Assembly: GCA_031426555.1 (NCBI GenBank)
Contig: JANPLN010000041.1
Location: forward strand, 1 to 18,878
Source: Bdellovibrionales bacterium
Lineage (GTDB): Bacteria > Bdellovibrionota > Bdellovibrionia > Bdellovibrionales > JAGQZY01
Reading direction: 5' to 3'
DNA: 18,878 nucleotides
Shown here: one piece after another, positions 8,341-16,500 of the stretch
Position numbering within the stretch: position 1 is the first letter of the stretch
Layout of the letters: each line of letters opens with the position of its first letter
Made by a program: the position numbers and the translations under genes
The notes under the pieces: generated by a model
What the model saw: the letters and a program-made list of their open reading frames with translations, nothing else
Told to the model about the DNA's origin: nothing
Database searches by the model: none

Positions 8341-9702
8341 CTACTGTCCCGCGAACATCTTTTTAAGTTTATAGAGCAGGTTGAACCCCAAGCCTTTTTC
8401 GGCTTTTACGTCGAAAGCTTGGTCAATCAAGGTCTGGGCCTCGGGCTTTTCGTGCACGAGCCCATTCACCACCGCCACTGGTGGTTTGTGGAAGCCCAAG
8501 GTTTTTGTTCCCTCGAGGTGCGCGTCCACTGTGGTCTTGAACTCCCGTGCGAGAAAACACGATCGAAATTTTTCAAAATCAGCGCCCGAGTTGCGAGCGG
8601 CGTTATTGATAGACTCCTCGATCGGTGTCTCGCCTTTTGTAAAGAGCGATGGAAATTGCCAAAAGAAGGCATCGTTTTGCTTGCGAAGACACAAACTCGC
8701 CTCGGCCAGCATGCGCTCGTCGCTATTGCTATCTGGAAAATTAAAAATATATTTCACCACAAAGTACTTGGCGTTGTTTTGCGCAAACGTACTCATCGAC
8801 TGTAAAAGGTCTTGGCAGGATTCACATTGGGTGTTGGTAAACAGAAGAATTTCGATGGGACCATTGCCAATGCTGGGAACCATTTCTGGATTGATCTGCG
8901 TTCCATCCATGCGAAGTTGCGCTTTTTTAAAACCCACCTTAATAGGAGTTTTGATGAGGTTTTTGGCCATGTATGTCGCCATCAGTTGATCTCTTTCGCG
9001 CGCTTTGATGGTGTCAAGGATCTGGATTTTCAGCTCAGGTGTGAGTTCGGCTTCGTAAATATTGTTATTTTTCATAAAAGTTGCCAGATCGGACTCTGTG
9101 GGCTCGGGCACGCCCTTCATAATTGCATTTTGGATATAATCTTCCATGGTGGAATTGGCTTCTTTGGACGCTTGCAAAATTTTACGGCGGCTAATCACAC
9201 CTTCGAGAATTTTAATTTTTTGTTGAAAGCTGTCGGCGAGTAAGCGCGACAACAGCATGTCTTGCCCAGCAAGCTCTTCGCGCGTCCAGGTTTTTTCGCC
9301 TATTGTGGCGCCGTGGCCTTTGACGGCAGTTTCGTCAAACGAAACTGTAATGCTTTTGTTAAGTTTGTCTCCAAGAATTGTTTTGAGTTCTTCCTTCGGA
9401 GCGGCAAAACCGTAGGCTATGTTTATCTCTCCTTTTTCAAGGTCCGCCAGGGCTTTTTCGTAGACAAGAATAAGTACGATTTTGTTCATTCGTTCTTCGA
9501 GCTCTTGCAGTGCCGGCGATGGACCGAAGAGTTGCGAAATTGCGATTTCTTCGCCATCGACTTTCGCGATAATTTCGCCGGTGCTTAGGGCTTGGTCATA
9601 GGTAAAGAGCAGAGGGCTATCTACGGAGATGGCGTTCCGATCTTTCTTTGTACACGAAACATTGAACACAATTAAAAATACCAACGCTGCTAAAAGTTGC
9701 AT
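8341..9702 (-). CDS. DsbA/thioredoxin-like lipoprotein with a SurA-N-like helical N-terminal region
   Basis: Lipobox FNVS|C, IIAKVDGEEI, thioredoxin fold IEILLFTNTQCESC, AEASLCLRKQ...FW, KFRSC, LGFHKPPVAVVNG. GGAGGT RBS before ATG 9702. Confidence 0.75.
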   Translation of the reverse strand: MQLLAALVFLIVFNVSCTKKDRNAISVDSPLLFTYDQALSTGEIIAKVDGEEIAISQLFGPSPALQELEERMNKIVLILVYEKALADLEKGEINIAYGFAAPKEELKTILGDKLNKSITVSFDETAVKGHGATIGEKTWTREELAGQDMLLSRLLADSFQQKIKILEGVISRRKILQASKEANSTMEDYIQNAIMKGVPEPTESDLATFMKNNNIYEAELTPELKIQILDTIKARERDQLMATYMAKNLIKTPIKVGFKKAQLRMDGTQINPEMVPSIGNGPIEILLFTNTQCESCQDLLQSMSTFAQNNAKYFVVKYIFNFPDSNSDERMLAEASLCLRKQNDAFFWQFPSLFTKGETPIEESINNAARNSGADFEKFRSCFLAREFKTTVDAHLEGTKTLGFHKPPVAVVNGLVHEKPEAQTLIDQAFDVKAEKGLGFNLLYKLKKMFAGQ

Positions 9703-9825
9703 AACCTACCTCCGGTGCTGAACATTCTGATGATAGCAACTTCCTCCGGTAGCACCAAATACTTTACGAGACCTCTCTCGAAAATAAAGCTTCCTTCTGC
9801 GACCAAGGTCCTGATAATATTGGAT

Positions 9826-10731
9826 GTGCTTTCCACTGAGTCTTCACCTCTACTTTTCGAATTAAGTAAGCTCAACTCTGAGCAGTCGACGATGGTTCAA
9901 AGTGAACATGCACTCTGGGGGCTTAAGGAGCTCTCCTTCCTCGGAAATGATCAACGGCAGCAGGCCCTGCAAGTGCAAAAAAATATTCTTTTTCTTGATG
10001 AATTTTCGCAACTCAATCAAAAATTTGTGAAGCAAACGGGATCGCCTCTCACTCCCCTCAAAGGTCTGTCACTATTGCACGAGATTTACAGCAAAAACCT
10101 GAGTCGCTCGATGACTGATATGGATATTTATACAAAGCTGCCGGAGGCTCTATTTACAAAAACGCTCATGGACGCTGGATTTGTACCTGTCCTTGAAAAG
10201 AAATGGCGTTTCAATCGCCACAAATTTTTATTTAAAAAACAGCATGCCCTCACCGAAATTGTTTGCGAAGTTCACACAGATCTTGTGCCTCGTGCACATC
10301 CTTACCCTTGGACAATCGACACACAAGGCAAGCTCGCAAAAGACGAAGAGTTTTTATATCTGTGCTATCATTGGGCCGAGCAGCATACCTGCCTTAAATT
10401 ATTTTGGCTCTTTGATCTATTTTTTTATGTGCAGAAAAATCCCATGGACTCAGAGATCCTTTTGGCCAAAGCAAAACAACTCAAGATCACGTCCTCGCTG
10501 CTCGCCGCCCACTGGGCCCTGCAGAATTGTTTTCGGACTCCATTGTTACAAAATATTCCGCTGCATTATCGCTGGAAATCTTTTTTATTTAAAAAAATTC
10601 TGACACCCGCAACCTTAGCTCACATCCACGACAGACGCGGCATATATTTAATTCTTAAACATCTTTTGAAAGATCAATTCAGCTCGCAGCTTGCTTATAA
10701 TTGGTTATGGCTTCGCTATAAATACTTTTAG
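9826..10731 (+). CDS. Nucleotidyltransferase family protein (NTP_transf_5 type, as found in lasso-peptide and PqqD clusters); start uncertain, frame open from 9697
   Basis: NILFLDEF, LKGLSL..EIY, RSMTDMDIY (R..xDxD metal motif), CEVHTDL, FLYLCYHWAEQH, LFWLFDL. GTG 9826 follows TG-a-TAATAT. Confidence 0.8.
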   Translation: MLSTESSPLLFELSKLNSEQSTMVQSEHALWGLKELSFLGNDQRQQALQVQKNILFLDEFSQLNQKFVKQTGSPLTPLKGLSLLHEIYSKNLSRSMTDMDIYTKLPEALFTKTLMDAGFVPVLEKKWRFNRHKFLFKKQHALTEIVCEVHTDLVPRAHPYPWTIDTQGKLAKDEEFLYLCYHWAEQHTCLKLFWLFDLFFYVQKNPMDSEILLAKAKQLKITSSLLAAHWALQNCFRTPLLQNIPLHYRWKSFLFKKILTPATLAHIHDRRGIYLILKHLLKDQFSSQLAYNWLWLRYKYF

Positions 10732-10764
10732 CCCGGTTGCTACAAATGCGGTTCTCTGGAAAAA

Positions 10765-11199
10765 CTATTTGGCGATGAGGCGTTGAACGAGTCGCAAATA
10801 AAGAAGGCCCAGCTTGCGGGCCACTCGACGACCCAGGATGGAGTTCTTTTTTTGGAAATACATTTGGGTCCAGCAGTAGGGGCTTAGGAGCAATTGGTTT
10901 TTTAGCTGTTGGGTTTTACCGGCTTTTTCTATACCTACCACGCGTCCCCATGAGGCGAATGGTGAAACGGGCTCTCCGTGAAGGCTATTATCTCCCTTGA
11001 GAAAAAGCATTTCCGAAGTTTTTCCAATCACACGATGACAAACGAATTCTTTTTTGTCTTCTCGATAGACGACAACATCTCCGACTTTTGGTTTTTCTAC
11101 CATTGAAAAATCGATCCAGACAAAATCCGCACTTTTAAAAATCGGATCCATACTCGAACCACGGAAGGGAATTTTTTGAATGACTTTGCTTTCGAACAT
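10765..11199 (-). CDS. S24/S26 family (signal peptidase I-like) peptidase, Ser-His type, no N-terminal TM helix
   Basis: GSSMDPIF (Ser), GDVVVY, VCHRVI (His), LKGDNS, GRVVGI. Its start overlaps the radical SAM stop (TGATG). Confidence 0.88.
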   Translation of the reverse strand: MFESKVIQKIPFRGSSMDPIFKSADFVWIDFSMVEKPKVGDVVVYREDKKEFVCHRVIGKTSEMLFLKGDNSLHGEPVSPFASWGRVVGIEKAGKTQQLKNQLLLSPYCWTQMYFQKKNSILGRRVARKLGLLYLRLVQRLIAK

Positions 11200-12230
11200 C
11201 AGACTGACAGCTCTTTTTTAAGCTTGGCCACGTCTTTCGAGAAACAGGTGAGAGTTTTCGCATCGCCAGTTTCGTTTTTGGCCATACCCGGACAGTGCTC
11301 GCAGAACGAGACCATGTCGTCAGAGACGTCTTTGATTTGCTTCCAGCGCATTTGTCTCCACGGCTGCACTTTTTCGCCATGCCAGAGCTCGTGAAAAGGT
11401 TTTTCGATTAAATTGCCTAAGGAATCGCGAATTTCGATGCATGGAAACAACTCGCCGTAAGCATTGACGGCGCATTTTCCTTTACCGGCATTACAGGTGT
11501 AGTCTTCGACTGTCTCGCCAGAGGCTTTGGGTTTGCCCATGGGCCAGCGACGCATTTTTTCTTGATAATAGTCTCGCAACTGATCGATGCTCGCGCGATA
11601 TTTGGTGGGCTCAAGATTCCCGTTGAGCTTTGGAGTGATCATGGGGTCCACCTTTAGCATCAGATCGTTTTTGAGTGCCCAATCTTCCAGGTCAAAAATT
11701 CCAGCGATGTTTTGTTTGGTGAGCAAACAGTTGATCGCAACTTGAATGCCTTCCTGACGACAAAGCTCGATGGCGCGGAGAGTTTTAGCGTGGGAGCCGC
11801 GCACTTTTGTCATACTGTCGTGGATGAGAGGATCGAGGCTGTAAAAGCTAATGGTTGCGTTTTGCAGACCGGAATCCTTAAGACGCTGAACCACTTCGGG
11901 AGACTGAATTTTTAGACCGTTAGTGATCATCGACGTGTGAAAGTTTAAATCTCGCGAACGCGCGAGAATATCCCAAAAGTGGATATTTAGCATCGCTTCG
12001 CCACCCATCAAGATAATGTAAAACGTGCCTGCTGCGCGCAGCTCTTGCAAAACGTGATACCACTGCTGCAAACTTAAAACGCGCTGGGGATTGTCGCTAA
12101 AATCTTCGATATAACAATGGGTGCAGCGCTCGTTGCAACGATTGGTTAATTCCAGCGAAGCTTGCAGTGGGATAAACTTGGCGCTACTCGTGTTTCGAAA
12201 CTTATCAAGAATGGACATTTCGCTGCTCAT
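11199..12230 (-). CDS. Radical SAM protein with a SPASM/Twitch domain (putative peptide maturase)
   Basis: ELTNRCNERCTHCY, MGGEAML, ITNG, HDSMTKVRGSH, CNAGKGKCAVNAYGELFPC, LGNL...F.ELW, FCEHCPG. ATGA overlap with the upstream kinase-like gene. Confidence 0.92.
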   Translation of the reverse strand: MSSEMSILDKFRNTSSAKFIPLQASLELTNRCNERCTHCYIEDFSDNPQRVLSLQQWYHVLQELRAAGTFYIILMGGEAMLNIHFWDILARSRDLNFHTSMITNGLKIQSPEVVQRLKDSGLQNATISFYSLDPLIHDSMTKVRGSHAKTLRAIELCRQEGIQVAINCLLTKQNIAGIFDLEDWALKNDLMLKVDPMITPKLNGNLEPTKYRASIDQLRDYYQEKMRRWPMGKPKASGETVEDYTCNAGKGKCAVNAYGELFPCIEIRDSLGNLIEKPFHELWHGEKVQPWRQMRWKQIKDVSDDMVSFCEHCPGMAKNETGDAKTLTCFSKDVAKLKKELSV

Positions 12231-13165
12231 GAGTTTTGATCCTGGTTGACGTGGGCAAAGATTTCGTCCCAGATTTTTTCTTTTTTCGGAAAAGACAATT
12301 CATAAAGGGGTATTTTTTGTAACAACAGGCCCACTAAGAGAAAGATTTTTTGCACATTCTCAGACGGCAACTGACTCCAAAAAACATTGGCCACTGCCGA
12401 ACTCAACAATTTGATTTGAGTGGACTTTGGGACGTGCTGCAGACTGATAGTTTCGCCTTTCTTTAACCACAAGAAGGCCTTCACTGGATACCAATTTGAG
12501 TACTCGGTGGGGTTTAACAATGCCTGTCCGAGAGCACCCGCCTGTGCCCAACACTGATCGTTTTCAAACTTAATCACGTTCATGTCATCGCCAAGGATTT
12601 TTTTGCGCGAACGGAAAGAAGCGATGGTGCTCTTGCCTGCACCGGAAGGTCCTAACGAAAAATAGGCCATGCCTTTTTCGTCAAGCACGCAGGAGCTGTG
12701 TAAGACCAACTTTCCCTGCTCGACTAACAAAACAGGTAGCAACCAACGAAGAAAATTAAAGAAACCATCGTCTAAGTGGTAGGGACAAATCAAAAAACAT
12801 TTTTTGTTTTCTAAAACGGCGGCAAAATCTCGCTGCACGGCGATTTGTTGATCGCCCACGTTGGTCACATAACACTCTGGCGAGGCTTCATCGGACCAAT
12901 TGTCGTTTGTCCAACCCAGCTGAGTGTTGTCGATCCAGAAAATATCGATAACTTCTTGCCCGTGAGCTTGCTGAAACCATGACAATGGATAGTGATCGTA
13001 AAGTTCTCCCAGCAACTCTTCGGAGCTGAGATGAAACCGGAGGGGAATACCGTGAATGGATAGATCCACTGCATGTTTATTGAATTGCGCTATTGATGGC
13101 TTAGTTAAATGAGCTCCCAATAGCGTCGCTTGTTTGTTTTTAAGGTGCTGAGATAGGGTTTCCAT
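12227..13165 (-). CDS. HPr-kinase-like P-loop protein (putative peptide kinase); frame open from 13207
   Basis: LVLHSSCV (His), GPSGAGKST (Walker A) and ILGDD form the His-Lys-Asp-Asp signature of HprK-like peptide kinases. C-terminal IPLYELSF. Confidence 0.8.
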   Translation of the reverse strand: METLSQHLKNKQATLLGAHLTKPSIAQFNKHAVDLSIHGIPLRFHLSSEELLGELYDHYPLSWFQQAHGQEVIDIFWIDNTQLGWTNDNWSDEASPECYVTNVGDQQIAVQRDFAAVLENKKCFLICPYHLDDGFFNFLRWLLPVLLVEQGKLVLHSSCVLDEKGMAYFSLGPSGAGKSTIASFRSRKKILGDDMNVIKFENDQCWAQAGALGQALLNPTEYSNWYPVKAFLWLKKGETISLQHVPKSTQIKLLSSAVANVFWSQLPSENVQKIFLLVGLLLQKIPLYELSFPKKEKIWDEIFAHVNQDQNS

Positions 13166-13239
13166 ATCTGAAAGTGTATTCGTGTTTAAACCACTGGTAC
13201 AGATCACTGTCCCGAAGGTCTAGGTCGAAGATGGAAGTT

Positions 13240-13268
13240 TTGCGCCGGCTCCTGTCTTCATGTAGCTT
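13240..13268 (+). promoter_or_regulatory. Putative sigma70 promoter for the precursor peptide
   Basis: TTGCGC (13240-45), 17-nt spacer, TAGCTT (13263-68), 6 nt, then ATG 13275. No Shine-Dalgarno. Confidence 0.55.
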
Positions 13269-13274
13269 TGTTGT

Positions 13275-13451
13275 ATGGACGCTCAACAATCTCCTCCGCA
13301 TCGCAAGACGAAGAAAAAATATCAAAAGCCGCGCATTCAATCCGAAGCATTGATGACTTTTGGAGCGCTTTGCAATGGCACTCTGTCTGGCGGACGAAAA
13401 CAAACGGCCAGCGCACCGGACAACTGCTCCGCAGGTAAGCTCCTCTCGTAA
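13275..13451 (+). CDS. Putative RiPP precursor peptide, 58 aa (not in the ORF track)
   Basis: Manual translation: MDAQQSPPHRKTKKKYQKPRIQSEALMTFGALCNGTLSGGRKQTASAPDNCSAGKLLS*. It has a KKxYxKPxI leader motif, a small-residue core with 2 Cys, its own promoter and terminator, and is adjacent to the kinase/rSAM/peptidase operon. Confidence 0.85.
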   Translation: MDAQQSPPHRKTKKKYQKPRIQSEALMTFGALCNGTLSGGRKQTASAPDNCSAGKLLS

Positions 13452-13480
13452 TAGAAAAATTCATAACGCACATCTCAACC

Positions 13481-13521
13481 AAAAGGTACGCCGTACCTTA
13501 AACGGTACGGCGTACCTTTTT
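13481..13521. terminator. Bidirectional intrinsic terminator between the precursor gene (+) and the giant C25 gene (-)
   Basis: Perfect 17-bp inverted repeat aaaaggtacgccgtacc-ttaaac-ggtacggcgtacctttt, with T tracts on both strands. Confidence 0.85.
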
Positions 13522-13537
13522 GCGTTTTTGCGAGCGT

Positions 13538-16500
13538 CTATCCTAGCTTTTTTCTTAATTTACGAATCATCACCCACGCAACTAGGGATTCTAAGCATAG
13601 GGCGAAGACGAGGTCCCAGGGGGTTTGGTGATTTTGCGATCCATAGGCGGCGTTGAGGGAACAGCCGCTGGAGCCGCCGCCGCTGCTCGGTGCGGCTGGG
13701 GTTGCGGGGGCTTGGGCGATGGCGGGTTTAACCATGGGGTCGCCGATGATGGTCCACGACATCATCACTTCTTTGAACGGTGATTGCTGGTGAGCTTGAA
13801 GTTTCGAAATTTTTACGGCATCACCCACCGAGCTGGTGGCTGAGTTTGAGCTTGAAAGCAAGCGCTCGTAGAAGGCTTTTTGATAAACACTTTGCACACT
13901 TGGCGGCGTCATTGAAGTGGAGCCCCAAAAGGCGATAGCTCCGCCGTCTTTTTTCATGACAAGCTTTTCGGCAAAACTCTCAAGCGCTGGATCATAGTAA
14001 AGAGCGTTCAAGCAGTTCATGGCCGTGACAACGGGAAAGTGGGTGTTTTGTAGAACATCGATATCGTTGTTGCTAAAAACATTCGCATCGGCCCACATAT
14101 TTTCGGCGCCATGGCCCATGTAATGGATCAACGATGAATTATCAAAGCTTGTCATAATTTGCGTCTTAAAATCGGCGTCGCTGAATTGCGAACGTTTAAT
14201 TTTGTCGAGAGTCATATTGGCATTCCAACTTTGAACACCCAGAGCGAGCTCATCGGTGAGTTGGTCAAAGTCCTCGCCTTGATTGAGCGGCTTGTCGGTT
14301 AACACCGTTAAACGCGTATTTTGTGGTTTGGACTGACCCGCTTCGTACTGTAAAACTTTTTGCACGTACGCACTCAGCTGAACTGACGTTTGCGCAGGAA
14401 TTCGACCAACCACGGCGAAGGGTGCCGTATCCTCTGCTTGAGTCACGTACCAGTTATCAGAGCCGTAGTTAAACGCCACACCTTGAATGAGTTTTACTGG
14501 AAAGCGATTTTTAATCTCGCTGTTTTGATAAGCCTTTGGATCGTAGGTTCCATCGCCGAGTAAAATATAATACTTTGGCTTTACAGCCCATGACGTGTGC
14601 GCGTAGATAAAAAAGTCGCGAATCGAATCGATGTTTACCAAGCCCTGACCAAACTCATTATAGATGCTCTCCAGAGTAACTAATTTTACTTTGTACCCCT
14701 GCTGTTCACGAAGTGCTGCCAGTGGCTGTACAGAATCAAGAAGCTCTTCCGTTCCGACATAAACCACATCGGCTTCGCTAGCGGGATCTAAAAGATCACT
14801 TCCGTAATTCAATTGTAGAGAAGTGGCTGAGAGCAACTCAGTCTGGGTCGAAGCAAAAATGCGACGTCCCTGCTGAGGATCGGACTGTGTGTTAAACTGC
14901 ATAGCAAAGCCCATGGATGTTGGTGCTGTGGCCGAATTCGTCCAAAGAGCTGGCTGGCCAAATAAACTGAGGTCGTAAACTTTGACTTGCGCCGACGAAA
15001 ATCCATCCACCACAAGGTCGGTGTTGACCTGATGATTCATAATTAAAATTTGGTCATCGACCGCTTGCCAATTTTGATAGTAAGAAATATCAACGGAATT
15101 GATATACATCATATCGTATTCGCCAGCGATGAGATTTTCGCCAGTGGGTTCCAGCGTGATGCGGTTTAAGCCCGGGGCAAAGTAGTTAGATGGCACGCTC
15201 AGGTTTACGATTTGCACATTCGATCCACTAAATGTTTGCTTGGCTACGGGCACATCATTCACGCGCAGCTGCAACGTGTTGATGTAATTGTTCGCCCCGT
15301 TTCTGCGACTCTTCACAAGGGCTTGCACGAGTACTGGCCGTTGCGTATCGAGGTTGGCTAAAACCACGTCTGTGGTCAGACCCACTCGCGCACCACCCGA
15401 AATTCCATAGTACATTCCCCAAACAAACAGATCCATATCTTGATCGTAGGGTTCATTAAAAACTGCCACGTTGTTTTGTTCGAGGTGAATTCGGTTCATA
15501 AACGAGGCCACCTGCGAAGCTTGTCCCGAAAAATTCGAAACATCCACGGCAGACATTCGCAAACCTGGAGTCACAGCAAGTACATCATTCACTAAAAGCA
15601 TGTAGCTCAATCGACTCTCTAAGGTTTCGGTGTGGGGTGCAAAAAAGCGAATTTTATCGCCCGATGAGAAGTAACCAGAAGTGCTTTCCACTTCGATAGC
15701 GTGCTCTTGGTTGAGAAAATACATTTTAAACTGCCCAACATCAGCATGATCAAATGGATTTATCACTCCTGCAGCGTACATTTGATCGTACGTTAATTCG
15801 TAAACGCCATCTGCTGCCACACCAATTTTAAGAGAACCCGGCAACCCCCAAGCTTCGTTGACAGCCACAGGTTGAGTGGGAACCCACGATGACGAGCTAT
15901 CTAAAAACACATCCAGCACAATTTCGTCGTACTTTTTTAAATTTTGCGCGTTTGCTTGGTAGGATAGAGGCGAAATCACAACCGGTAAATAGTATTGACC
16001 CTGATCATTAAGAATTGTGCCTAAAGAAATAGGCTGTGCAGGTATGTACGTGTTGTTGGCGTACGCACTGGTATTGAGTGTCCACTGCTCGATAAAATGA
16101 TTGCCACTTACGACCCAGCGGGGCGCTGGAGCTACAAGTACAGAACTTGCAACGGAAGACACTTCGGAAACAACATTCATCTGCGCCGATGTGGCTTTGT
16201 CTATCTTCAGCATGAATGTTCGTTGCAACAACTCGGGATCCCCGGCTTGCACGCTGCGCGAGTACAGTGGAACGCTGAGCTGCTTATAGCTTGGATATGT
16301 GTCATGGGCGCTGAGCTGATAGTTTGGAATGGTGATTTTAATGCGGTAGGCATTTTGCGTTTTGCTTAGCAAAGTAATATTGGGTTCAAGCACAACCAAT
16401 CCCGGAGTGGCGTCCGCAGGAGCTTGTCCACCCGAGCTTTGGCTGCCCGAGGGATTACTTGAAACAATCGTACTCGCCAGTGGTGGCGGCGCCGCGCTGA

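Noticed and set aside
8381..9588. Long antisense ORFs (e.g. 8381-8989 +) and similar shadow ORFs opposite rny and the giant gene
   Set aside because: They lie fully antisense to well-supported genes and have no motifs; typical shadow frames.
9690..9875. 61-aa minus-strand ORF and the duplicated ACCGGAGG upstream of the DsbA-like gene
   Set aside because: No recognisable protein features. One copy of the 8-mer is simply the RBS and the other may be chance.
11199..12230. PqqE, NirJ or AhbC/D cofactor-biosynthesis enzyme
   Set aside because: No pqqB/C or haem-biosynthesis genes are nearby; the kinase/peptidase/peptide context fits a peptide maturase better. No gene symbol assigned.
9826..13451. 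Classical lasso peptide cluster
   Set aside because: No asparagine-synthetase-like cyclase or transglutaminase-like B2 protease is in the window, and the predicted core has no Asp/Glu at positions 7-9.
13140..13656. ORF-track ORFs 13140-13403 (-), 13258-13482 (-) and 13360-13656 (+) as the precursor or a PqqD
   Set aside because: They have no recognisable motifs, and they overlap the better-supported 58-aa ORF, its promoter or terminator, or neighbouring genes.
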